This document shows positions 46,872 to 54,946 of a stretch of 64,000 bases of DNA, in pieces. Source of the DNA: a virus. The stretch lies in IMG/VR virus record IMGVR_UViG_3300038409_000069, positions 6,377 through 70,376 of that record; one strand, written 5' to 3'. A model generated the notes under the pieces. It saw nothing but the letters and a program-made list of their open reading frames with translations, did not search any database and was not told the origin of the DNA. A program made the position numbers and the translations under genes. The first letter of the stretch is position 1. The number at the start of each line of letters is the position of its first letter.

Positions 46872-47443
46872 GTCGTCTCCCCTCCGCGCGAAAGATGTGC
46901 GGGCGGCTGTTCGCCAAGGGACGGTTCGCCGCCCGCAGTTTGGGGTCGAGGGAAGGAAGAAAGGGCGGGAGACGCGCTGGTTCTGGCGTCTCCCGCAGTG
47001 TCGCCAGCCGCGGGAGGAATGTGTGCCGGCGAATTCACGTTCGTGTTTTCCGCGCGCTTCTGCGCGAGTCGCAGCGACTCGGCGGCGATCGCGAAGATGG
47101 TTTCGTAGTGGCCGCGTCCGCGCTCTTGGGCGCGGTTCCAGGCGGCGCAGAGCGCGTCACGCTCTGCTTCGCTCCAAACGCGCGGGACTTCGATTGCCGC
47201 GCTCAGCGACGCATTTAGAGCGACGATGCGGCGGACCTGATCGGCAAGGCGATCCTCAACGCAGCCGCCTACAATCCCGCACAGTTCGGCCAGCACACCG
47301 AGAGCAAACTGCGAATCCCGGTGCGTCCATTCGAGGAAGTTGGCCGCCGTATGGTCGAGGTCGCAATTGACCTTCGCGCTATCTCCTACCCACGTAGGCG
47401 CGCGCGTGCGCAATCGCTCAATGATGCGTTCGACGTTTGACAC
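46868..47443 (-). CDS. hypothetical protein
   Basis: GTG start; coupled to the downstream ORF. Confidence 0.55.
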   Translation of the reverse strand: MSNVERIIERLRTRAPTWVGDSAKVNCDLDHTAANFLEWTHRDSQFALGVLAELCGIVGGCVEDRLADQVRRIVALNASLSAAIEVPRVWSEAERDALCAAWNRAQERGRGHYETIFAIAAESLRLAQKRAENTNVNSPAHIPPAAGDTAGDARTSASPALSSFPRPQTAGGEPSLGEQPPAHLSRGGETT

Positions 47444-47498
47444 TGAACCCCCAAACTCCGTTTGCGGAGCACCCCAGAAAAACCCAAGCCTTGCGGCG

Positions 47499-47740
47499 TC
47501 AGAACGCCCTGACGTGAGCGTCTTTGCGCGCCTCCTCCTGTTTGTAGTCGGCGCAATCGATCATGAGCGCGACAATCAGCGCGAACGCGCACAGGATGAT
47601 GAAAACTGCGATCTGCTCGTTCACGGCTCATCCTCCGGATGGTTCGCGACCGTCCAGATCGCGATCGGGCCGACGATCGGGACGAAGATGCCGAGGAAGA
47701 CGAAAAGCATCTCGAGAGCGGTGAGGCTGGGTTCGTTCAT
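47499..47740 (-). CDS. two tandem ~40-aa single-TM peptides (47621-47740 and 47499-47624)
   Basis: MNEPSLTALEMLFVFLGIFVPIVGPIAIW... and VNEQIAVFIILCAFALIVALMI..., each with a 4-nt start/stop overlap. Confidence 0.45.
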
Positions 47741-47946
47741 GCGCGCTCTCCCGCGCGTTGCTGCTCGCGCCAGCGCTTGAACGCGGCGCGGTTGGCTGCA
47801 TATTCCCGCTGGCTGCGATCGACGTAGCGGCGCGCGAGTTCCTCGGTCGCTTCCTTGAGCCGCTGTTCAACGACGACGCGTCGCGCCTTTAGCTCTTCGA
47901 TCAGGGCGCTCAGCGTGGCGCTGTCCATGTGCGCGAGGTTGCTCAT
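47737..47946 (-). CDS. small coiled-coil protein
   Basis: Helical sequence; coupled to the downstream ORF. Confidence 0.55.
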   Translation of the reverse strand: MSNLAHMDSATLSALIEELKARRVVVEQRLKEATEELARRYVDRSQREYAANRAAFKRWREQQRAGERA

Positions 47947-48182
47947 GCGCACCCCCGTTCGCCATTCGGTCGCGAAGTATTCTCGCTGAGGTCATCGAAT
48001 CGATGAACGCCCGTGCGTTCGCTCTGCGCACGGCGCGCGCGGGAGTGAGGTGAATTCCTCATTGTCAGGTTGATGCGAGGAAGAAAACCAAGTCCCCAGT
48101 CGTTATTTGCTTGAACTGCCGGCGATGATGACGGCAGTGTAACGAAACAAAACGTGGGTCCCAAGGGACGGGGGAGGTGGGC

Positions 48183-48386
48183 ATGAAGCGCACAAAAGGC
48201 GCGCTGCGAAACTGTGCGCTCTACACTCAGATCGAGCTGACCATCTGCCACGGGAATGTGTATTTCACGATGAGCAACGAGCGCGGCGCGACTATTTCCG
48301 GCTACGTGCCGGTCGATGTTTGGCGCGCCTCGGTGAGGGCTTTGCCGCCGCCGGACAACAAGGTGCCGTTTCGGGCGCGTCATTGA
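48183..48386 (+). CDS. small antisense ORF downstream of cro
   Basis: GGAGGT RBS and ATG; KVPFR C-terminus. Confidence 0.45.
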   Translation: MKRTKGALRNCALYTQIELTICHGNVYFTMSNERGATISGYVPVDVWRASVRALPPPDNKVPFRARH

Positions 48387-48652
48387 GCGGCCTCCAAGGC
48401 AGGCTCGCGCTCCTTGTCGGGCTCAGGCGATTTCATGCGTTTGGCGCGCATGCGCGGCTCGGCGATTTGATCCCGCGTGAGTTCGGTGACGGCGATAATC
48501 CGCTCTTCGACGGCAGCGCTCGGCGGGCTCGCGCCCCGTTCGATGCGCGAGAGCTGCGCGTCTTTGATCCCAAAGAGGGGGGCCGCCTGATGGAGGTCGA
48601 AGTTCTTCTTCTTCCGCCAAAGCCGGAGCGGCGAATCATATTTCTCGCTCAT
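48380..48652 (-). CDS. Cro-like XRE HTH regulator
   Basis: LRLWRKKKNFDLHQAAPLFGIKDAQLSRIERG; divergent from the repressor. Confidence 0.8.
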   Translation of the reverse strand: MSEKYDSPLRLWRKKKNFDLHQAAPLFGIKDAQLSRIERGASPPSAAVEERIIAVTELTRDQIAEPRMRAKRMKSPEPDKEREPALEAAQ

Positions 48653-48662
48653 CGCCGGTAGG

Positions 48663-48679
48663 CTTGCACATGGTGCAAG
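48663..48679. promoter_or_regulatory. operator (OR-like)
   Basis: Palindrome CTTGCAC-ATG-GTGCAAG between cro and the repressor. Confidence 0.8.
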
Positions 48680-48747
48680 TTCGGTCAAGACGGATGGTTA
48701 ACCCATTGCTGCCATTCTTGCTTTCCGGGCGATGGGGGCCCTGAGGG

Positions 48748-49128
48748 ATGGCCCGTATGCTGCCTTCTATGGCGTTGAGGGCCCGAAAGAAAGAAGCCGG
48801 GGCCATACCCCGGAATTTCATACGGGAATGGCGGGAAGCGGAGGGCTGGACCCTCCTAGAGCTGCTCGACCACCTGGCGCCCCTGCATGTCCGGATGACG
48901 GAGGGCAATCTGTCCAAGATGGAGCGCTCGAAAACCCCCGTCGATACAGGCACTTTGCACGCCATGGCGGTTGTCTTCAAGACGAGCCCGATAGCCCTTA
49001 TGCTGGGGCCGCCCGGCGATCCGCTGGTCATGGCTATCGACGCCCTAGGGCCACTGGACAAAGAGGACCGCGCCGACGCCGTGGCGTCCCTCCTCTCCAT
49101 GCTGAGGCTCGCCAAGCGGGCCGGCTGA
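48748..49128 (+). CDS. CI-like XRE repressor without an S24 peptidase domain; exact start uncertain
   Basis: FIREWREAEGWTLLEL...TEGNLSKMERS. Confidence 0.8.
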   Translation: MARMLPSMALRARKKEAGAIPRNFIREWREAEGWTLLELLDHLAPLHVRMTEGNLSKMERSKTPVDTGTLHAMAVVFKTSPIALMLGPPGDPLVMAIDALGPLDKEDRADAVASLLSMLRLAKRAG

Positions 49129-49156
49129 CGGCCTAAGCCTCTGAAATCGCGGGCGA

Positions 49157-49240
49157 CTTGCACTAGGCGATATTTTTTCTTGCATATGGTGCAAGTTTGG
49201 CTTGCCCTTAACCAAACTTCGTGCTTGCCTGTAGTGCAAG
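49157..49240. promoter_or_regulatory. operators and promoter of the early operon (OL-like)
   Basis: CTTGCATATGGTGCAAG at 49179-49195 and CTTGCCTGTAGTGCAAG at 49224-49240, plus CTTGC half-sites at 49157 and 49201. Confidence 0.8.
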
Positions 49241-49293
49241 TTCAGGCCGCGATTCGGCGCCCCCGGCGCAGACGCGGGAATGGGAGAGGGCAA

Positions 49294-49860
49294 ATGGCCG
49301 TACAGGCGACAGCGACACTTCGGGCGATCAGCCCTTACTCGCAATCACGGGCGCACGAGACGCCGAAGAAAGAGAAGGAGACGCCGGACGCCTACGAGGT
49401 TCGGACGTGGCCTGAGAAAGCGCACTTCGACGACAAGGGCGCCGTCTTCATCCCGCCGATGTCGTTCAAGATGAGCCTGGATGCGGCGGCGAAGTATCTG
49501 TCGATCCAGATCCCGGGCAAGGGCAAGAGCACCTACACGAAGCACTTCGCCAGCGGCGTGCTCGTTCTCAACCCCGTCTATGTCGGGGTGAAGAAGAGCG
49601 AGCTTCGCTACGATCGCATTCACGCCAACGCGGATGGCGTTCGCGGCTCCGGCAAGCGCGTCTGGCGCTACTTCCCGCGCATCGAAGATTGGAAGGCCGA
49701 CGTCGAGTTCAACATCTACGACGAGGCCGTGACGCGGGACGTGTTCACGCGGGTTCTGGAAGAGGCCGGGAAGTTCATCGGGATTGGCCGCTTTCGTCCT
49801 CAGAACGGCGGGTTTTATGGCCGCTTTGCCGTGGAGGGCGTGAAGTGGCAAGAGATTTGA
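49294..49860 (+). CDS. stand-alone RAMP/Cas7-like RNA-binding protein (188 aa)
   Basis: N-terminal strand ATLRAISP; VFIPPMSFKMSL (RAMP IP..S.K motif); thumb-like loop; C-terminal Gly-rich loop GKFIGIGRFRPQNGGFYGRF; no other cas genes nearby. Confidence 0.75.
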   Translation: MAVQATATLRAISPYSQSRAHETPKKEKETPDAYEVRTWPEKAHFDDKGAVFIPPMSFKMSLDAAAKYLSIQIPGKGKSTYTKHFASGVLVLNPVYVGVKKSELRYDRIHANADGVRGSGKRVWRYFPRIEDWKADVEFNIYDEAVTRDVFTRVLEEAGKFIGIGRFRPQNGGFYGRFAVEGVKWQEI

Positions 49861-50386
49861 TCCACCTCGCGGCGCGGCTCAACACCGCACACCGCCTCAC
49901 GGCACAACACCCCACTCCGCAACGCACCTCTACGCGACACCGCGCAACGCGCCTCTATGCCTCGCCCAGCGACACAACTCCGCGCAACCCAACGCGACGT
50001 TTTCCTGTTCGCTCATTATCCCGCGCTGCTCGGCGTCTCGCCTCGCAACGCGCCACGTCACACCACGCCGCAACGCGACGCAGCGATTTCCTGTTTTTGG
50101 CTACGCTGCGCACCGCGTCACTGCGCTGCGCACCGCGACACCGCGCAACGCGACGTTTTCGGTTTCTCCCTTTCCGCAGCGCGTCGCTACGCAACTTCGC
50201 GCTCCGCGCGACGCGATGCAACGTTCGAGTTTTCAGCGCACCTTGCCGCGCCGCTGCCCGTCGCAGCGCGTCACGTCACAGCGCCCCACGCCGCAACGCT
50301 CATTCATCCAGTTTTCAGCGCCGCACTGCGCAGCACATCGCCACACATCGCACCACTGCACGGCACAGCATCCCGCAACGCAACGC
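49861..50386 (+). repeat. pentamer array (NN-CNC)n in six segments; putative guide ncRNA(s)
   Basis: Strict 5-nt periodicity of CGC/CAC/CTC triplets separated by variable dinucleotides; segments end in CGC-AA-CGC-like units followed by pyrimidine-rich linkers. Confidence 0.9.
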
Positions 50387-50400
50387 CCTTGGAGTCCTGA

Positions 50401-50922
50401 ATGCTTAACCTGACCGCCAGCCCTAAGCGCGCCGTCCAGATCGACCGGCTCACCGAGGCGCTTACCGCCCTCTCGATTGGCCAAGTCATCTCATACGAGA
50501 CGCTGTCCAAGATTGCGGGCGAACCTATGGGCAGCACGTCTTACGCTGTTCGCCGCGCCCTTTCGCGCGCCGAGAAAGAAACAGGCGCGCTCTTCGGCAA
50601 TGTCCGGAATGAAGGCTTTCAGCGCCTCCGCGCCGAGCACGCCCCCGGCGTTGGCGGCAAGGCCAACGATCACATCCGCCGCCACGCTCGCAAGACTGAG
50701 CGCCGCCTTGGCTCATGGCGCCCGCCGAATGACGCGACGCAATCCCAAATCGCCGAAGTCGCCGCCTACCGCGCACACATGGGCATGGTCGCGAGCATCG
50801 CCACCAAGAACATCATCAAGTCACTGACCAAGAGCATCGAGGAAGCCGCGCCGATCTCACCAGAAACGATGGCGCAGCGCCTTGCCGAAACGATGGGCAA
50901 GAGCCGTGACAAGGCCCGGTGA
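50401..50922 (+). CDS. winged-helix-like protein associated with the RAMP/array locus
   Basis: GGAG RBS; GQVISYETLSKIAG...FGNVRNEGFQRL wing. Confidence 0.7.
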   Translation: MLNLTASPKRAVQIDRLTEALTALSIGQVISYETLSKIAGEPMGSTSYAVRRALSRAEKETGALFGNVRNEGFQRLRAEHAPGVGGKANDHIRRHARKTERRLGSWRPPNDATQSQIAEVAAYRAHMGMVASIATKNIIKSLTKSIEEAAPISPETMAQRLAETMGKSRDKAR

Positions 50923-51116
50923 TGCTCTCCGACGCCTTCGTCGCCGCCCTCACCATAGCGATGTGGGAATGGATCAAGGCTGTAGTCCGCGCAGTCGCGC
51001 AGGCTCAGAGGGATTTTCAGCTTCGCCGCAAATCCCTTCGTTTTCCTTGCGGCGAGGAAGCGCCGGCCGGTCACCCAACGCATGTGCCGGCCGGCGCGAA
51101 GATTGGAGAGGCGTGA
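50919..51116 (+). CDS. hypothetical protein
   Basis: Coupled start/stop overlaps. Confidence 0.45.
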   Translation: MMLSDAFVAALTIAMWEWIKAVVRAVAQAQRDFQLRRKSLRFPCGEEAPAGHPTHVPAGAKIGEA

Positions 51117-51436
51117 TGCCTGATTTCACACCAGGGCCGCTTGAGGTCATCGCCTACACAGACGAAGCCCCGCGCGTCAATTATGAAATCTGGACGCATC
51201 CGGGAACCGATGAGGGCGACCAGACTGCCATTGTTTTCACGAGGGCCGATGCCAATTTGTACGCCGCGGCACCTGAGATGTACGACGCGCTGAAGGGCGC
51301 GCACGCAGCAATCGACATGCTCTACGCCCGCCTCATTGCAGTTGAAGGACTCCGGTTCTTGCCGAGCAAGGACCCGACGTGGCCCAAGATGGTCGCGGTT
51401 TTTGAGGCGATCAAAAAGGTCGATGGAGACGCGTGA
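51116..51436 (+). CDS. phage protein (TPGP...AAAPE family)
   Basis: FTPGPLEV...ANLYAAAPEMYDAL. Confidence 0.7.
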   Translation: MPDFTPGPLEVIAYTDEAPRVNYEIWTHPGTDEGDQTAIVFTRADANLYAAAPEMYDALKGAHAAIDMLYARLIAVEGLRFLPSKDPTWPKMVAVFEAIKKVDGDA

Positions 51437-51783
51437 TGTCCGCCCATCCCGAACCAATCCCGCTTCCAGATCGCCGCCCCGATGGCTGGTGGCTCGGCAG
51501 GCGCGGGCCGTTCCCGACCCTGATAGACGCGCACGCCGCCCGCCGGGACATCGTAGTCTGCAAGTATTGCGGCGGCATGTTCGGGATCCATTTGCCGAGC
51601 TGTTATCGGCCAAGGAAGGGCGTCGAGAGCGCCCCGCGTCCTGACTATCTCGCCTATTGCGAAGCGGCGATGCAGCAAAGCGACGATACTCCTGTTCTCG
51701 GTCCGCCCTCTGTCTTCAAATTCTCCGAACCTCCGAAGCGTCTCGACGGAAACGGCAACGAGATCCGCGGGAGCAAGTCATGA
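51433..51783 (+). CDS. hypothetical protein
   Basis: CKYC...H...C; coupled. Confidence 0.5.
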   Translation: MMSAHPEPIPLPDRRPDGWWLGRRGPFPTLIDAHAARRDIVVCKYCGGMFGIHLPSCYRPRKGVESAPRPDYLAYCEAAMQQSDDTPVLGPPSVFKFSEPPKRLDGNGNEIRGSKS

Positions 51784-52028
51784 CGCCATACGTCAAAGGT
51801 GACACCGCGAATCTGATTGTGCGACTGCGTGAGGCTCGAGATGAGGCGCGCGTTCGCTTGTCTCAGACCCAAGAATGGATCGCCTATCAACGCTTCGGCG
51901 CGCCAAGCGAAACCGACGCGGACTGGACCGTAGCAGCGCAGGTTGAGGTGTTGTGTTCGCGGCTCAGCGAGGCTGCGGATGCACTTGAGCGCGGCCCGGC
52001 GCAAGCAGAGGGAGCGAAAGATGGCTGA
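51780..52028 (+). CDS. hypothetical protein
   Basis: LIVRLR...EAADALE; coupled. Confidence 0.55.
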   Translation: MTPYVKGDTANLIVRLREARDEARVRLSQTQEWIAYQRFGAPSETDADWTVAAQVEVLCSRLSEAADALERGPAQAEGAKDG

Positions 52029-52290
52029 CGTCATCCCCTTAATCCGCGACGCCCAGGCCCGGCAAGCCATAGTCGGCAGCCCCGTCATCGCCAACAAGAC
52101 AATCGCGACCCTCCTACGCGATCGCGCCAACCAAATCCTCAACGATGCGCACGACTTCGCGCAAGGCCCGGCGATCCACCCGGAAGGCCGGCTCACCGAA
52201 ATCATGTGCATCTGTCACCGCCTGGACGCCATCGCTCGTGAATACGAACGGGCGGTCAATCCGCAGCCGCCAAAGGGAGATGCAGCATAA
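52021..52290 (+). CDS. hypothetical protein
   Basis: GGGAG RBS; MADVIPL. Confidence 0.6.
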   Translation: MADVIPLIRDAQARQAIVGSPVIANKTIATLLRDRANQILNDAHDFAQGPAIHPEGRLTEIMCICHRLDAIAREYERAVNPQPPKGDAA

Positions 52291-52625
52291 TGGAGAAGAA
52301 ACTCGCAGAGGCGCTCGCGGGCGCGGCGCTGAAGGCGGTTGATGCGGTGCTTCTGAAGGCCGCCGAGCCGCTCTTGAAGTTGCCAGACGACGCACTGGAT
52401 CGCTTGATTGAACTCATGAAGGACGCCGAGAGGCCGGAATCGAAGGCAAGGTTCGAAGCGACAATCGGCAAGCCGTACTCAGAGACACACGCCACGGCGT
52501 CGCGCGTCTACATCGATGTGCTGTTGACGGCGCGCTCGTTTCGCTCGGCAGCCAACGCCTACGTGCTTTGGATGGCCGAGTCCATGATCGCCTCAATGAA
52601 GGCGAAGGAGGAATCCAAGCCATGA
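52290..52625 (+). CDS. hypothetical protein
   Basis: TAATG overlap with the upstream stop. Confidence 0.6.
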   Translation: MEKKLAEALAGAALKAVDAVLLKAAEPLLKLPDDALDRLIELMKDAERPESKARFEATIGKPYSETHATASRVYIDVLLTARSFRSAANAYVLWMAESMIASMKAKEESKP

Positions 52626-52903
52626 CATCTCTCGCCAAATCCCCCACCAGCGTCCGCCCGAACCAAGAGGCGATAGACCGCCTCGCCGACTTCAAGGAGT
52701 GGGAGAACGACCTCGACGCATTACTTGAACGGCATCTCGAAAAACTTGACCCGTTGCTGCTTGAACATTGGCGCTATATCGGCCGCCTCAGTCGCCGCGA
52801 CGCCGTCAAGTACGCCCGCGACGCTGCCAAGCAATTCATCCTTCAAGACGCCATCAGCGCCCAGGATGCGCAGAAGATGCGGGAAGAGGCGCAAGACCGA
52901 TGA
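52622..52903 (+). CDS. hypothetical protein
   Basis: GGAGG RBS; ATGA overlap. Confidence 0.6.
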   Translation: MTSLAKSPTSVRPNQEAIDRLADFKEWENDLDALLERHLEKLDPLLLEHWRYIGRLSRRDAVKYARDAAKQFILQDAISAQDAQKMREEAQDR

Positions 52904-53157
52904 GCCGGAGCCGCACACAATACGTCACCGTTCAGGTCGATCTCGACGAGTTCGCGACCGAAGACCTCGTTGCCGAACTCAGGGAGCGCGAGGACTTCAA
53001 CGACAATCCCGGCTTCTGGGCGCCGTCGATCGCCGACCATTGGACCGACGTTGAATCGGCCCTGCTCCGCAAGGACTTCGACTGGTTAGAGCGCTGGCTG
53101 TGGCCGCAAGTCAAAGCCCAATACCCGAAACTCAAGTTCGTCAAGAGCGCCGCATGA
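52900..53157 (+). CDS. hypothetical protein
   Basis: VQVDLDEFATEDLVAELRER. Confidence 0.6.
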   Translation: MSRSRTQYVTVQVDLDEFATEDLVAELREREDFNDNPGFWAPSIADHWTDVESALLRKDFDWLERWLWPQVKAQYPKLKFVKSAA

Positions 53158-53232
53158 CCCGCGCGCAGCGCGCCCATCGAGATCGAGCCCCGCTCCGAAG
53201 CGCGCTTCTCCTACCGCGAGCAGCGCGAGATA

Positions 53233-53565
53233 TTGGAGCGCCAGTCCGATGCGGAAGGCGTCGTCCGCTGCGACGAATGCAACACGCCGATCGCCGAGCT
53301 GAAGGACCGCGGATGGGAGCGCCTCCGCGCCTTCGCGTTCGACCATGTCCTTGAACGCGCCATGGGAGGCAAGACGATGGTCGGCAACGGTCGCGCCATC
53401 TGCGACGGCCCTAAGACCTGCCATGCGATCAAGAGCGCCAAGCGGCAAGCCGTCATCGCGAAATGCAAGCGGCTCTCTGGGGAGACGCTGAGTCAGTACG
53501 AGCGCCGAAAGAGATTCGGCCCAAGCCTGAAGGGCAATTCAAGCTTCCAACGGAGAGGACGATGA
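53233..53565 (+). CDS. HNH endonuclease; 5' end possibly frameshifted
   Basis: CDEC...FDHV...GG...N...IC...CHAIKS. Confidence 0.7.
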   Translation: MERQSDAEGVVRCDECNTPIAELKDRGWERLRAFAFDHVLERAMGGKTMVGNGRAICDGPKTCHAIKSAKRQAVIAKCKRLSGETLSQYERRKRFGPSLKGNSSFQRRGR

Positions 53566-54323
53566 CCGGCCAAGAAATCATCCCGCCGAACGGCTCCGCA
53601 GTGATGCAGGCGCCGGAAAGGCAGGCGCTCACGCCGATGGAGCTTCTGAGCAACGCCATCGAGCGCGGCGTCGACCTGCCGATGCTCGAAAGGCTCATGG
53701 ACCTCCAAGACCGCCACGAGCGCGCGCAGGCTAAGAAAGCTTTCGACCAAGCGCGCGCCGACGCCAAACGGAAAATCCCGGTCATCAAGAAGAACCGAGA
53801 GGGCCACAACAAAAAGCGTTACGCTGATTACGCCGCCTATGCTGAGGTCGTCGACCCGATCCTCGCCGAGCATGGACTCAACGCCAGCTTCCGGCCGGAT
53901 CAGACCGACACCAAAATCAGCGTCACGTGCATCCTCTCGCATCGCGACGGACACCGGGAGGAAAGCACTCTCTCCGGGCCGCCGGACAACACCGGGAACA
54001 AGAATGCGATCCAGGCCATTGGCTCGACGCTGAGCTATTTGCAGCGCTACACCCTTTGCCTTGCCTTGGGTCTCGCCGCCACGGAAGACGATGACGGCCA
54101 AGCGGCGGGAAACGATCTGCCGATCGCCGAAGAACAGCTTCAGGCCCTCCTAAAGCGCGTCAGCGACACGCACGCAGACGCCGAGAGGCTGTGCAAGTAC
54201 ATCGGCGTTTCGTCTCTCGCGGAACTCCCGCAGAGCAAACTCGCCGAAGTCAGCGCCATCCTGGACGACCGGCAGCGCAAGGCCGACGCCAAGGCGAAGT
54301 CCAAGAGCGGAGCCGCCGCATGA
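53562..54323 (+). CDS. ERF-family single-strand annealing protein
   Basis: YADY; ILSHRDGH; QAIGSTLSYLQRY...DDDG. Confidence 0.88.
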   Translation: MTGQEIIPPNGSAVMQAPERQALTPMELLSNAIERGVDLPMLERLMDLQDRHERAQAKKAFDQARADAKRKIPVIKKNREGHNKKRYADYAAYAEVVDPILAEHGLNASFRPDQTDTKISVTCILSHRDGHREESTLSGPPDNTGNKNAIQAIGSTLSYLQRYTLCLALGLAATEDDDGQAAGNDLPIAEEQLQALLKRVSDTHADAERLCKYIGVSSLAELPQSKLAEVSAILDDRQRKADAKAKSKSGAAA

Positions 54324-54946
54324 TGATCCTGCAATCCGACCCGAATTGGGCGACGGCGCGCCTGGGCTGTCTCACCGCGTCGCACATCGCCGATATGATG
54401 GCGCGCACGAAGAGCGGCTGGGGCGCGTCGCGCGGGAATTACGCGGCTGAATTGGTCGCCGAGCGCCTGACCGGCGTTCCTGCATCGCGCTTCGTGAGCG
54501 CCGAGATGCAGCACGGCATCGACACCGAGCCGCTCGCGCGCGCCGCGTATGAATTCCACACCGATGCGACGACCGGCGAGGCCGCGTTCATCCTGCATCC
54601 GACGATCGAATGGTCCGGCGCATCGCCGGACGGGTTTGTCGGCGAAGACGGTCTCGTCGAGTTTAAGTGTCCGAACACGAGCACGCATATCGACACGCTC
54701 TTGGGCGGCGCGATCCCGGAGAAGTACCGCCTCCAGTGCATGTGGCAAATGGCATGCACGGGCCGGCAATGGTGCGATTGGGTTTCATTTGACCCGCGGC
54801 TGCCGGAGTCCATGCGCCTCTTCGTGCGCCGCCTGGAGCGTGACGCGGCCAAAGTCTCGGAAGTCGAGCGCGAAGCGGAACTCTTCCTCGCCGAGATCGA
54901 CGACACCATCAAGCGGCTACGCCGCACCTACCTGGAGGCCGCCTGA
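54320..54946 (+). CDS. lambda exonuclease/YqaJ-family nuclease
   Basis: WATARLGCLTAS; MQHGIDTEPLAR; GASPDG; EFKCP; QCMWQM. Confidence 0.92.
   Translation: MMILQSDPNWATARLGCLTASHIADMMARTKSGWGASRGNYAAELVAERLTGVPASRFVSAEMQHGIDTEPLARAAYEFHTDATTGEAAFILHPTIEWSGASPDGFVGEDGLVEFKCPNTSTHIDTLLGGAIPEKYRLQCMWQMACTGRQWCDWVSFDPRLPESMRLFVRRLERDAAKVSEVEREAELFLAEIDDTIKRLRRTYLEAA

Noticed and set aside
49861-50000. Reading seg1 dinucleotides as codon positions 1-2 gives a protein-like string (SLGGxRTLGxP...)
   Set aside because: Almost any dinucleotide string translates plausibly this way. I saw no matching peptide among the ORFs here, so no target is claimed without a computational search.
49861-50386. Classical CRISPR array
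   Set aside because: There are no 25-45-nt identical direct repeats with unique spacers and no cas1/cas2. Conservation is at the 3-of-5-nt level.
49689-50537. Several overlapping ORFs across the pentamer array (e.g. 49957-50400, 49689-50408, 49955-50221)
   Set aside because: The low-complexity Arg/Ala/Thr/His translations are a by-product of a stop-poor 5-nt repeat. There is no RBS, and a 5-nt period does not fit codon-level selection.
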